From Alphaproteobacteria bacterium (lineage in GTDB: Bacteria > Pseudomonadota > Alphaproteobacteria > UBA8317): a stretch of 33,166 nucleotides of DNA. The notes under the pieces were generated by a model. That model searched no databases. It was not told the DNA's origin and was given only the letters and a program-made list of their open reading frames with translations. Made by a program: the position numbers and the translations under genes. The stretch's first letter is position 1. The number at the start of each line of letters is the position of its first letter. This document shows, piece after piece, positions 18,533 to 28,791 of this stretch. Location of the stretch: contig JAYPQH010000028.1 of NCBI GenBank assembly GCA_038131935.1, positions 1 to 33,166 of the forward strand, read 5' to 3'.

Positions 18533-18948
18533 TCAAATTTTATTGTACCAACGTTTGCGGCGCAGCAACCATGCCTCCGCGGCTTCCAATCGTTTCGCTG
18601 CATAATCTCCTTCAGTGTCTTTCTGATTTGCTTTGGATCCGTCTTTTCACCGATCCAAGCTGCATATATCTCTGTTCCTTGCTCAAAGTCGCGTCGCCTC
18701 AAACGCCCCTTTTTATCAAGGTATAATTTCAAAACTTGCTCAATTCTCTGATCTAAATCACTTTGCAGCAGCACCTCTATTTTGTGCCACTCCCACGGAC
18801 AAACCAGCTTGTTTCTGCCTCTTTCAGACCAAAAGACCGAACCCCTTCACGTTTTAAACGTCGTTCAACATCTCTATCGATTAAGAGGCCCGCATCCAAC
18901 TCAGCTGCAACATATTCTGCAAAAACCAGCATAATCAGGGGTTGTCAT
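18533..18948 (-). CDS. Hidden ~138-aa helical protein broken by 3-4 indels (or pseudogene)
   Basis: ATG 3 nt after the TAXI-like stop with AAGGTG RBS; mosaic reading MTTPDYAG/FAEYVAAELDAGLLIDRDVERRLKREGVRSFGLKEAET../LLQSDLDQRIEQVLKLYL..WKPRRHG/LLRRKRWYNKI-stop. Confidence 0.55.
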
Positions 18949-18951
18949 CGG

Positions 18952-19986
18952 TCACACCTTTGAACTTTCAGGGGTCTTTATTGGACCACCCCAAAAAACC
19001 TCCCACGCCTGAACCAATCTAGACCAAATATCTTTCATCCAGTCTGAGAGATCATCTATATAACGACGCACTTTTCCTAAAGAAATAATCACGCCCTCCT
19101 CTAAGTAACCTTCACTGATAGGACGAACAATTTTATCTAATTTCTGATAGGGAAGTGTATTGTTCACAACGAGGCCAACACTGGTACAAATCGTTCGGAT
19201 TGACCGTTTAGGTTCCCAGAAACCATCTGCTCTCAATTCAACCTCTGTTGGCAAAAATCCAAGCAAGGAAGCCCCGTTGGCACCTTTCAAAAAAGTGAGA
19301 ATATTAGGAGCTAGGTCTAGGCTATCATCATCAATAATCCGCCTCATGCTGTCCTGCTCCAGGGTAGGAAAGTCCATAAAAAAATGCACATCAACATTCC
19401 CATCACGCAGTGCTGAAATAGCTCTTGTTCCACCTCGATAATCAGCGCGTGCAGACGATATGATGGGTGCGGTGGGTATAACGCGCTGTAAACTAATCGC
19501 CGTATCACCATCACGTGGCCCCAATGAAAAAGCTTTCACGCTTATCTCATTATCTTTATTTGACGTAAGGCTGTTGACCATATTTTTCCTGAGAACAGCA
19601 AACAGACAAATCGGACGTGAGCCATATATTTCCAAGGTATCCGCGGACAGGGGTACATCTTGCCTGAACATATCGAAAATATTTCGCTGCACAATTGCGA
19701 CTGAATTTGGGCGACCCCAAACCATCTCCAAGGCTTGATAACTTCCTAAACTGACTTCTTGTTTAATATGAAAATCGTCTGAAAGTTCATCAAGAATGCG
19801 CTGGTATATATCATTTTCTGTATCCTGCAGCAGCCCTCCAGAGAGAAACGTTAATTCTGTTTGGCTTTCCTGAGCATAACCAAACTTAGAATGTAGGGGG
19901 GAAACGACATATAAAAGCGTGAACATCAATAACCACGCTGAATACATAACTTCCCGGTAGATTGATGTTTTCCAAGTCATACGCAT
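18952..19986 (-). CDS. Divergent TAXI-family (TRAP-associated) solute-binding-like protein
   Basis: Signal-like N-terminus; LTFLSGG..IY, SLGSYQAL, AIVQ, LGPRDGDT and AISALRDGNVDVHFF align by eye with TAXI blocks. Confidence 0.6.
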   Translation of the reverse strand: MRMTWKTSIYREVMYSAWLLMFTLLYVVSPLHSKFGYAQESQTELTFLSGGLLQDTENDIYQRILDELSDDFHIKQEVSLGSYQALEMVWGRPNSVAIVQRNIFDMFRQDVPLSADTLEIYGSRPICLFAVLRKNMVNSLTSNKDNEISVKAFSLGPRDGDTAISLQRVIPTAPIISSARADYRGGTRAISALRDGNVDVHFFMDFPTLEQDSMRRIIDDDSLDLAPNILTFLKGANGASLLGFLPTEVELRADGFWEPKRSIRTICTSVGLVVNNTLPYQKLDKIVRPISEGYLEEGVIISLGKVRRYIDDLSDWMKDIWSRLVQAWEVFWGGPIKTPESSKV

Positions 19987-20003
19987 AATGTTCCACTGAT
20001 TTA

Positions 20004-20037
20004 AAAAATGAAAATTTGGCCTACCAATTTCATTTTT
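20004..20037. terminator. AT-rich imperfect inverted repeat between TPR and TAXI-like genes
   Basis: AAAAATGAAA..TTGG-CCTA-CCAA-TTTCATTTTT; terminator or operator, undetermined. Confidence 0.3.
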
Positions 20038-20095
20038 CGTGATTGGAGTTTTTTAGAATTGCTTGAAGTTCCAACATGAAAATTTATCGACTTTC

Positions 20096-21331
20096 TTAGC
20101 CCTTGCGAACGGATTGCAAAATTCTCTCTTTCACATCGCAAACTGAAAGTGGATTGCACGAAGTAACATCATCATAGCCAGATCTTTCATAAGCAGCTCG
20201 AGCATCCAGAATATCAAAACCTTGCAGCAAGGAAGCTACATAACGAAGCTTCGCTGAGATATGATCACGATAACCACGTGGACTTAACCTCAATGCTTCA
20301 CGCAATAGTTTGTCTGCCTCTACATAATTTTCTTGCTTCATCAGCAGACGGGCATATTCATAGACAACGCTGAAGTCCTGGGGATACCAATAGTAGGCAT
20401 CCGCCATTAGCTTTGTGGCCTGTGTTGTTTTATTCAATGGATCAAGCAATTCAGCCTGCAACATGTAAACTGATGGTTGCCACCCTACATCTGATGCAAT
20501 GGCTTGAGCTTCTGTCAGTGCTGCATCCAACCCATCACGCTCCACCATGAATAAGGCGTTAAGAACACGCGCAGACGGATTCATTTCGTTCCGCTTGAGC
20601 GCGGACACAACATGATCCTTTGCTTTATCAATATTCTGATGCAAGATAATCTCTTGAAGCGCCATGGTTACGTAAATATCATCCACATGCTCTGATGGCA
20701 CCTCAAACAGTAGTCTCTCTAAACGCTTTGTTAACTGTTGTGTTTCATCTTCCTCCAGAGCGTCTTTTGAGCTTTGAGAGACCATCGCTGAAGAATTAGA
20801 CGCCATGACCTGCTCTCTTAACTTTGCAGAAACATAGGTCAGTGGGTAATTTTCTAACATCAGACCCTCAGCGAGTTGGTCAACCAAATCATCGACATTG
20901 TCGAGGGGACCAGAGACCTCCACTTTGTTCAAAAAACGACGATTGTAAGGTGACAGTCCCAACGTCACGCGATCATTGTAAAATTGAGCAGAAAAACCGT
21001 ATGTATTGGGTGCGAGACCAGTTAGCCCAACAATTTTTTCAACCGTTTCAAAATCTGAGAACTCCTCGAAGATTGCTCTGTAAAGAGCAGCTACATACGT
21101 GTTGTCTTTGTCGCGATTGGGATTGAGTTGACTTCGAACAACGGTCTCTTCCTCTATCTCATCTATTCTCGCTTCAAGGTCATTCATGATGGACTCAGAA
21201 CTGTGCCCTACACGTTCTAAATTTGTCGAAAAACTCTCTTCAACCACCACAATGCCATCATGATTTGACAAGTAAAAATGACCCAGCAAGGTCCCCAGGA
21301 CAAACGTCGGTAAAATCAATAAATGTTCCAT
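20096..21331 (-). CDS. Membrane-anchored/exported TPR-repeat protein
   Basis: N-terminal hydrophobic segment; C-terminal TPR-like units such as YEYARLLMKQENYVEADKLLREALRLSP; terminal Cys pair. Confidence 0.75.
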   Translation of the reverse strand: MEHLLILPTFVLGTLLGHFYLSNHDGIVVVEESFSTNLERVGHSSESIMNDLEARIDEIEEETVVRSQLNPNRDKDNTYVAALYRAIFEEFSDFETVEKIVGLTGLAPNTYGFSAQFYNDRVTLGLSPYNRRFLNKVEVSGPLDNVDDLVDQLAEGLMLENYPLTYVSAKLREQVMASNSSAMVSQSSKDALEEDETQQLTKRLERLLFEVPSEHVDDIYVTMALQEIILHQNIDKAKDHVVSALKRNEMNPSARVLNALFMVERDGLDAALTEAQAIASDVGWQPSVYMLQAELLDPLNKTTQATKLMADAYYWYPQDFSVVYEYARLLMKQENYVEADKLLREALRLSPRGYRDHISAKLRYVASLLQGFDILDARAAYERSGYDDVTSCNPLSVCDVKERILQSVRKG

Positions 21332-21465
21332 AAAAAATCTCTTTTATAAATCTGTACGTGGTTGGGCTGACCATATTCTTGTCAAGACGTGATCTCTTAT
21401 TCCTTCAAACCCTGTACGCTGTGTTTTTTAAATGGTTTTTTCATCAGTATATTTTGACAAGTATG

Positions 21466-21732
21466 TCAGTGTTGAATGGAAACATGTGCAACATCCGAGC
21501 AATATTCCAATGCCATCAACGGATCCCCGGTTGCGGCAGAACAACTGGAGGTTGAGAATGATACAGACGCGGACGCAACCTCAAAACTCGAGACAATTAA
21601 AGGCTGTTGAACTGGCTCAACCAACTCAATCATACTTGATTGAGGGGCAGTGATTTTGTTCGCAACGACCTCTGAGGCCAACTCTAGAGCAAAACTGAAT
21701 AGAACCGCTGCCAAAAAACTTTCAATTCCCAT
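21466..21732 (-). CDS. Small putative exported protein with C-terminal Cys pair, 88 aa
   Basis: Hydrophobic N-terminus FLAAVLFSFAL, Ser-rich middle, C-x13-C; GGTGAG upstream; co-oriented with the TPR gene. Confidence 0.5.
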   Translation of the reverse strand: MGIESFLAAVLFSFALELASEVVANKITAPQSSMIELVEPVQQPLIVSSFEVASASVSFSTSSCSAATGDPLMALEYCSDVAHVSIQH

Positions 21733-22017
21733 ATCATCTCACCAACTTATTATAAAAAACACACCACCTAAGTCTCACAATTTCTGATCTTCATGATCCC
21801 ATTTAAGATCAAACCAACGATCGAACGTCATTTTGGTACGAGCGCATGTTGAACATCTTTTTCATTATGAAACGTGAGAGGACTTCTCGTCTTAACAAGA
21901 TTTTAGATACCAAGTCTTCATGACGAAGATATGACAATTTACTCTTCAAAAAATTCAATATCTCTGTATTTTTTACCAACATCCAATAGCTAATGAATTT
22001 CAACAATTTTTCTTTCA

Positions 22018-22049
22018 ACGTCATGAAAACGTCATATTAATCATATAAT
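22018..22049 (+). promoter_or_regulatory. Pho box and -10 element of the ugp operon
   Basis: ACGTCAT-GAAA-ACGTCAT (7-bp direct repeats, 11-bp period, PhoB consensus CTGTCAT) followed by TATAAT at 22044-22049; ugp is a classic PhoB target. Confidence 0.7.
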
Positions 22050-22087
22050 TCCGACGCATAAATTTTCATTTTTAACAGGATATTGTT

Positions 22088-23407
22088 ATGCGTACATTTA
22101 TTTCAGCTATTGCTGCTGTAGCAAGTATGGCAACGATGGGTTACGCAGGCGGCCATAGCGCGCCTGTGGAAGTTAATTTTTGGCATGCGATGGGTGGCCG
22201 CCTCGGTGAAATCGTTGATAAATTTGCTAATGATTTCAACACACGTCAAAATGATTACAAAATCAACGCCATCTATAAAGGCAATTACACCGAAACAATG
22301 ACATCTGCTATCTCTGCATTTCGTGCAAAGCAGCAACCTCACATTGTTCAGGTTTTTGAAGTTGGTACAGCAACCATGATGGCGGCTGAAGACAAAGGTG
22401 CGGTGTACCCTGTCTACAAATTGATGGAGGATGCAGGTGTAGCATTTGATCAAAACGCATATCTTCCAGCCGTTATTTCTTATTACACAACTGCAGACAA
22501 CAAATTGCTCTCCCTACCGTTTAACTCATCTACACCAGTCCTTTGGTACAACAAAACAAAGTTAGATGAACTCAATCTGCCGGTACCTACAACATGGGCA
22601 GAGTTGAAGGAAGCTGCAGACAAAGCCAAAAAATCTGGCGTTGAGCTCCCCTAAGCTTCGGTTGGCAGTCATGGACCCAAATTGAAAATTATTCTGCTTG
22701 GCATAACCTTGCCTTGGGCACAAAAAGAAAATGGTTTCACAGGCCTAGACACAGAGTTCACCTTCAACAATGACGCCGTTGTAAACCATATTCAATCCAT
22801 AGCTGACATGGGTAAGGATGGCACATTTAAGTATGGCGGTCGTCGTGGGGACTCACGCGCGATGTTTGTTAACGGCGAATGTATTTTCTGGATCAACTCT
22901 TCAGCCTATTATGGCGGCTTCAAAAAAGACATCAAAGACTTCGAATTTGGCCAAGCCATGCTTCCACTTGATACAAAAGTTGCTGAGCGTCCACAGAACT
23001 CCATCATTGGCGGCGCTACATTATGGGTATTGAATGGTCATGATAAGAAGGCATACGCAGGCGTTGCAGAATTCTTTAAGTTTTTATCAGAAGCCGAGCA
23101 GCAGGCCTTCTGGCATCAGGAGACAGGCTACGTTCCCATCACAACTGCGGCATATGAACTTTCCCAAAAGCAAGGTTTTTATGGGACCAACCCAGGAACC
23201 GATACAGCCATCAAACAATTGTCACTCAACACACCAACACCAAATTCAAAAGGACTTCGCTTTGGTAATTTCGTTCAGGTTCGTGATGTGATCAATGAAG
23301 AGCTTGAAGCTGTATGGGCTGGTCAAAAAGATGCACGGACAGCATTAAATGATGCCGCAACGCGCGGTAATGCTTTGCTGCGCAAATTCGAGACGGCCAA
23401 CAAGTAA
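22088..23407 (+). CDS. ugpB: sn-glycerol-3-phosphate ABC transporter binding protein, two compensating indels at ~22650 and ~22724
   Basis: FWHAM, YKGNY, QVFEVGTATMM, PFNSSTP, NSIIGGATLW, WHQETGY; the conserved GWQSWTQIENYSAWHN lies in the -1 frame between the two ORFs. Confidence 0.93.
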
Positions 23408-23433
23408 TTTGCAGCGGGCTTAAATAAAAAAAT

Positions 23434-23468
23434 AAATCCATGCCAAAGACAAGCTTTGGCATGGATTT
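23434..23468 (+). terminator. Perfect 15-bp stem-loop after ugpB (partial terminator or mRNA stabiliser)
   Basis: AAATCCATGCCAAAG-ACAAG-CTTTGGCATGGATTT. Confidence 0.75.
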
Positions 23469-23507
23469 CTATTCTATCCAATCATGATGACATGAAGGAA
23501 CATTTGG

Positions 23508-24394
23508 ATGCGGCATGCCCGTGTAGTTTTCCGTTCTGGAACCCTTCCCTATTTACTTTACTTCCCCAAATGATGGTCACCATCATTTTTTTTCTTATGG
23601 CCAAACTATCAAGCCCTTGAACAATCATTTTTATTGAAGATGCATTTGGCTTCTCTAAAGAGTTTGTTGGTTTCGAAAATTACATCGCATTATTTCAGGA
23701 TCCTGGCTATCTGCGCTCATTTGGAACAAGTTTTTGGTTTGCTTTGATGGTGACAAGTCTTTCAATGGGGTCGGCTTTGTTATGTGCAGCTTGTGCCAAT
23801 CGACTTATCAGAAGTGCATTATTTTATCGTACTTTTCTTATTTGGCCTTACGCGGTGGCTCCCGCCATTGCAGGTGTCATATGGTACTTCATGTTTAATC
23901 CCTCCCTGGGCATTATTGCCTTTTGGCTTGAGGGTTTGGGCGTTGATTGGAACCATTATATCAATGGGGATCAAGCGTTCATTTTGGTTGTTTTGGCAGC
24001 AAGTTGGAAACAAATCAGCTATAATTTCCTGTTTTTCTTTGCTGGACTTCAATCTATACCAAAATCCCTTCTCGAAGCTGCAGCTATCGATGGTGCGGGA
24101 CCCGTGAGAAGATTTTGGACCATGAGTTTCCCGCTGTTGACACCCACAACATTTTTTTTACTTGTGGTGAACCTTGTATATGCTTTTTTTGATACCTTCT
24201 CTTTAATCCATGCCACCACAGATGGAGGCCCCTTTGATGCCACCTCCATTCTTGTATTTCGGGTCTATAACACCGGATTTATTGGTCAAGATTATGGCAG
24301 CTCTGCGGCGCAATCTGTTATTCTTATGGGGCTTGTTATCACCATGACCGCTATCCAATTTCGGTATGTCGAACGCAAAGTGGTATATGCATGA
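23508..24394 (+). CDS. ugpA: G3P ABC permease UgpA, three indels in 23555-23635
   Basis: Reconstructed start [27 protein letters not shown]; [37 protein letters not shown]. Confidence 0.9.
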
Positions 24395-25236
24395 TAGAAC
24401 AACGCCCTTTTCTAAATATTCTTACCCATATGGTCATGATTGTTGGACTTTTGGCGGTATGTTTTCCACTTTGGATGACCCTCGTCGCAGCAACTCATCA
24501 TGCAGAAGAACTCTCTCTAAAGCCTTTACCTCTATGGTTTGAGACCAAGGCTGGAATAATTTTTCGGCTGTGCTTTCCCGAGGCATTCCAGAAGCAGGTG
24601 GGATACCCGTTTCAACAATGATGTGGAATTCCTTAATCATGGCTCTTGGAATTACCATTGGCAAAATAGCTGTATCAATCACAGCAGCCTATGCGGTTGT
24701 TTTTTTTAAATTCCCGTTTCGATCACTATGTTTTTGGCTCATCTTCATCACGTTGATGTTGCCTGTTGAAGTCCGTATTTTACCCACGTTTGACGTTATC
24801 GCGCGCTTAGGCATGCTGAACAATTATGCTGGATTATGTATTCCCCTCATCGCTTCAGCCACCGCAACATTCCTTTTTCGGCAGTTTTATCTCACTGTTC
24901 CACCAGAACTCATTGAAGCCGCACGAATGGATGGTGCAGGCCCACTACGTTTTTTGTGGGACATTGTCTTACCATTATCACGAACAAACATAGCTGCCAT
25001 GTTTATCATTTTGTTTATTTATGGCTGGAACCAGTATCTATGGCCACTACTGATTACAACCGATCCATCCACACAACGGTGGTCATGGGTATTCAAAGAA
25101 TGGTGAACTCTGGTGAGGCCTTACCTGTTTGGAACTACATTATGAGCACTGCTGCATTGGCACTTCTCCCCCCTGTTTTGGTGGTTGTTTGCATGCAAAA
25201 ATATTTGTTAAAGGTCTTGTCGAGAGTGAGAAATAG
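24391..25236 (+). CDS. ugpE: G3P ABC permease UgpE, indels near 24541, 25070 and 25205
   Basis: MIEQRP start, [40 protein letters not shown]; C-terminal VKGLVESEK-stop at 25236. Confidence 0.9.
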
Positions 25237-25238
25237 GG

Positions 25239-26228
25239 ATGGCGCATTTACGACTTAAAGGGTTGAGCAAGATTTATCCTGGTGGGAGTCAAGCTGTTCA
25301 ACATATTGATTTAGAAATCCCAGATGGAGAATTTCTCGTTCTTGTTGGTCCTTCTGGCTGCGGAAAGTCCACGACCTTAAGGCTCATTGCAGGGCTAGAA
25401 GAGGCAAGCAGTGGATGCATTGAGATAGATGGTGTCGACGTGAGTCGACAAGAACCAGGACGAAGAGACCTGGCTATGGTGTTTCAATCTTACGCTCTTT
25501 ATCCACATATGACCGTACGAAACAACATGGCCTATGGCCTTAAAAATCAAAAGCTATCGAAAGCAATTATATCCGAACGAATTGAGGAAGCTGCGCATAT
25601 TTTGCAGCTTTCTGACCTCCTCGACCGAAAGCCAGCGCAATTGTCTGGGGGCCAAAGACAGCGTGTTGCCATGGGCCGTGCGCTGGTACGCAAACCTAAA
25701 GCCTTTTTGCTTGATGAACCGCTATCAAACTTGGATACAAAACTCAGAAGTCATATGCGCGCTGAAATCAAAGCACTCCATCAGCGGCTTCGCACAACAT
25801 TTGTTTACGTCACACATGATCAAACTGAAGCCATGTCACTTGCTGATCGGATTGTTGTCATGAATAATGGGCGTGTCGAACAGATAGGTAGCCCCACAGA
25901 AATCTATGATGCTCCATCAAGCTGTTTTGTAGCTGGTTTTATCGGTACACCTCCTATGAATATCATGGAAGGCAAACATTTCGGGTTACACGAAAAATAT
26001 TTTGGATTTCGGCCAGAACTTGCAAAGTTGGTTACTCATGGTGATTTTGGTTTTGACGCAACAATCACATTGATTGAAAAATTAGGCGCAGAGTCTCTGA
26101 TACATCTCCAGCACCATTCAGGATCAACTTGTATTGTAAAAACACCTCGACATGAGCTTATACCAGATATTGGTTCCATGACGCATGTCTCCATAGATCA
26201 TCAACATCTCTTATTTTTTGAGCAGTAA
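25239..26228 (+). CDS. ugpC: G3P ABC ATP-binding protein
   Basis: GPSGCGKS, VFQSYALYPHM, LSGGQRQRVAMGRA, LDEPLSNLD, YVTHDQ; operon context. Confidence 0.9.
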   Translation: MAHLRLKGLSKIYPGGSQAVQHIDLEIPDGEFLVLVGPSGCGKSTTLRLIAGLEEASSGCIEIDGVDVSRQEPGRRDLAMVFQSYALYPHMTVRNNMAYGLKNQKLSKAIISERIEEAAHILQLSDLLDRKPAQLSGGQRQRVAMGRALVRKPKAFLLDEPLSNLDTKLRSHMRAEIKALHQRLRTTFVYVTHDQTEAMSLADRIVVMNNGRVEQIGSPTEIYDAPSSCFVAGFIGTPPMNIMEGKHFGLHEKYFGFRPELAKLVTHGDFGFDATITLIEKLGAESLIHLQHHSGSTCIVKTPRHELIPDIGSMTHVSIDHQHLLFFEQ

Positions 26229-26243
26229 CGACAAAGACCAGCC

Positions 26244-26987
26244 ATGCAACTTAACAAAAACAATTTATGTGCACATCGGGGTTATTCATCATGTTACCCC
26301 GAAAATACCATGGTGGCATTTCAAGCTGTGCATGATTTAGGCCTCAATCATATCGAATGTGACTTAAGCCTTTTGGGCGACGGCACGGTGGTTATTCACC
26401 ATGATGGAGAATTTGGAAGAACCGTTGCCTTGAGGGGCCGGTTACTTGATTACTCATGGCCGGATATCACTGGTGCTGACGCTGGAAGCCATAAAGATGG
26501 GCGATATGCACATGTAGGTATTCCTCGGCTTGATGAACTTCTTGATTGGGCTTCTAAGAATCAAATGTCCCTGAATTTAGAATTAAAGGTGCATGCCCAA
26601 GAGGGTGATGAGTTGGTGAACAATACGCTATCAATTCTGCGAAATTTTCCGGACTGCGATATCATGTTTTCAAGTTTTCATATGGATATCATGGAACGGC
26701 TGTCTCTCTCTTCAACCTCATATCCTTGTGCACCACTTTTTGATCATTTTGACGCGGCATGCCTCCCCTTCATCAACAAGATTGGAGCAGGTGCCATTCA
26801 TTTGAATGGACATCACCTCACCAAAGACAGTGTAGGGTTCATCAAAAACCAGAATCTCATTTTAAGATGCTATACTGTAAATCAAGCCTCTATTGCTCAT
26901 GATCTATTAGAATGGGGCTGTGACGCCATTATAAGCGATCTCCCAAGCGAAATATTGGACATTTCGACTGTTAAGCCTCTTGTTTAA
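26244..26987 (+). CDS. ugpQ: Glycerophosphodiester phosphodiesterase
   Basis: AHRG, PENT, IECD, HD, LNLELK, YTVN, IISD motifs; last gene of the ugp operon. Confidence 0.88.
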   Translation: MQLNKNNLCAHRGYSSCYPENTMVAFQAVHDLGLNHIECDLSLLGDGTVVIHHDGEFGRTVALRGRLLDYSWPDITGADAGSHKDGRYAHVGIPRLDELLDWASKNQMSLNLELKVHAQEGDELVNNTLSILRNFPDCDIMFSSFHMDIMERLSLSSTSYPCAPLFDHFDAACLPFINKIGAGAIHLNGHHLTKDSVGFIKNQNLILRCYTVNQASIAHDLLEWGCDAIISDLPSEILDISTVKPLV

Positions 26988-27003
26988 TGATCTCTCAATA
27001 GTT

Positions 27004-27861
27004 TCAGTCCAGATCTTCGAGAACAGATCTGAGAATTCCAATCATCGCCTGTGGCTTCTCCCACATGACCCAATGTCCTGCTTCGGGTACAACCGCAAAA
27101 TCTACAGACTCACATACTTCAGAGAGAATATCTTTTCGCTCTTGGAGATACTCCCCAACCACAGCATCATGTTCTGCGAAAATACCAAGCACAGGTGCTT
27201 GAACCTTGGATAAAACGTCCCTTAAGGTGCTTGTTGCAGATATAGGCCGACTTTTTAGACGATGCTGTAGGGTATTGGTTTCTTGGATGTAGAGTGCCAA
27301 AGGATCAATACAGCTTGGGTCTTTCACCATCAATATTTCTAAATTTTTTTGGTGTGCCATGACGACCTCATCACGGCTCATATGCTTATGCCGTTTCACC
27401 AGCTCTGCCATTGGTGCACGCTGTGCACCCAATCCGCCTGGAGCAACAAGAACCAGCCTTGCCAATCTCCTGTTCAAAAGTGATGCTAGATGTCCGGCAA
27501 TAACGCCTCCGAAGGAAAACCCTGTCACCACGATGGGCCCAGTTTCAGCTAATTTCTCAATAGCTTCACGCAATGGCCCTGCAACACCTTGCGCCGTATG
27601 AGGCTCGGGTGGCGTTGCTGACGCGCCAAATCCTGGCATGTCAGGGACCAGGATATTGCCAAATGTTGCCAATGAAGGCGCGACTTTAATCCAATGGGCC
27701 CAGGTACCGTAGCCGCCATGCAGGCAAACAAGTGTTTTCTCTCCTCCACCCCATTGATGAAAGCGCACATTACCAATGCTCGTTGGTACATCGATGATAT
27801 TGGCAGTTTTACCAATCTCATCATAATCCGCGCAGGGATCAGGTGTAAAAGCATCCGTCAT
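27004..27861 (-). CDS. Alpha/beta fold hydrolase
   Basis: HGGYG oxyanion loop, DMPGFGAS, GFSFGG nucleophile elbow, acid (HDAV) and AGHWV; start at ATG 27861 behind AAGGAA. Confidence 0.88.
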   Translation of the reverse strand: MTDAFTPDPCADYDEIGKTANIIDVPTSIGNVRFHQWGGGEKTLVCLHGGYGTWAHWIKVAPSLATFGNILVPDMPGFGASATPPEPHTAQGVAGPLREAIEKLAETGPIVVTGFSFGGVIAGHLASLLNRRLARLVLVAPGGLGAQRAPMAELVKRHKHMSRDEVVMAHQKNLEILMVKDPSCIDPLALYIQETNTLQHRLKSRPISATSTLRDVLSKVQAPVLGIFAEHDAVVGEYLQERKDILSEVCESVDFAVVPEAGHWVMWEKPQAMIGILRSVLEDLD

Positions 27862-28014
27862 TCTTGTTCCTTTTTTTGTATGGCAAAGAATAAGGTTGTT
27901 TTTCAAAAATGATCAATGAAAGAAAATAAAAAATATGAAAAAACCCAACTGTTACCTTGAACTTTGGAAGAAATTTTAGGCAAGTTAGGGATAGGTTTAA
28001 TTGGGAGAATCCAT

Positions 28015-28778
28015 ATGACATTTCAAGGACAAACAGCTTTTGTAACTGGAGGGACAACAGGCATTGGTCGCGCGATAGCATTGGGCTTGGCGCAAAAGGT
28101 GCTCATGTTCTATTTACAGGAATTGGCGATGATCACGCAAACAGCCTTCTTGAAGAAATCGAAAAAACCAGCGGCTCAGGGTCTTTCATTCCTGGCGACC
28201 TATCAACCAAAGATGGCTGGAAATCACTTTGGGAGAACGTGCAAACCAAAGGGCAGCAAATTGGTTTGTTCGTGCACTCAGCCTCTCCACCCCGTCCAGA
28301 AAGCCAGCATGTCATGGCTGTAACGGAGGACCAATGGGACAGCATGGTGAACACCAACCTGCGCACAGGCTTTTTTCTCACCAGGGCTGTTGGTGAGCAT
28401 ATGCTTGAAAACAATATTGCTGGTCGTATTGTTATGATTGTTTCGTTACATTCCTATGCGCCAAGAAACTTACCACATTATTCAGCATCCAAGGCTGGAC
28501 AAGTCATGTTGGTTAAAGAATTTGCACGTTGTTGGGCTAAGCGTAATATTAGGGTTAATGGTATAGCACCTGGTGCAATTGCAGGTGGGGGCTTCAAGGC
28601 TGACGTGAGCACCCTAGAGAAGAAAATTGCCATGGGCAGAACAGGTGTTGCCGAGGATTTGGTGGGACCTGCATTATCATTACTTCATGATGACCATAGC
28701 CGCTATGTGACGGGAAGCATTCTCAATGTTGATGGGGGCATCGCATTATACAACTGGTTGGATGCCCATCAATCATAA
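28015..28778 (+). CDS. Classical SDR oxidoreductase, ~254 aa, one indel at ~28095
   Basis: TGGTTGIG in ORF 27964; YSASK, RVNGIAPG and YVTGSILNVDGG in ORF 27957; one extra A in the A4 run joins them; GGGAGA RBS. Confidence 0.88.
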
Positions 28779-28791
28779 TTCAATCAACATT

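Noticed and set aside
21809-22024. 71-aa - strand ORF
   Set aside because: AT-rich divergent promoter region, start overlaps the Pho box, no RBS or motif.
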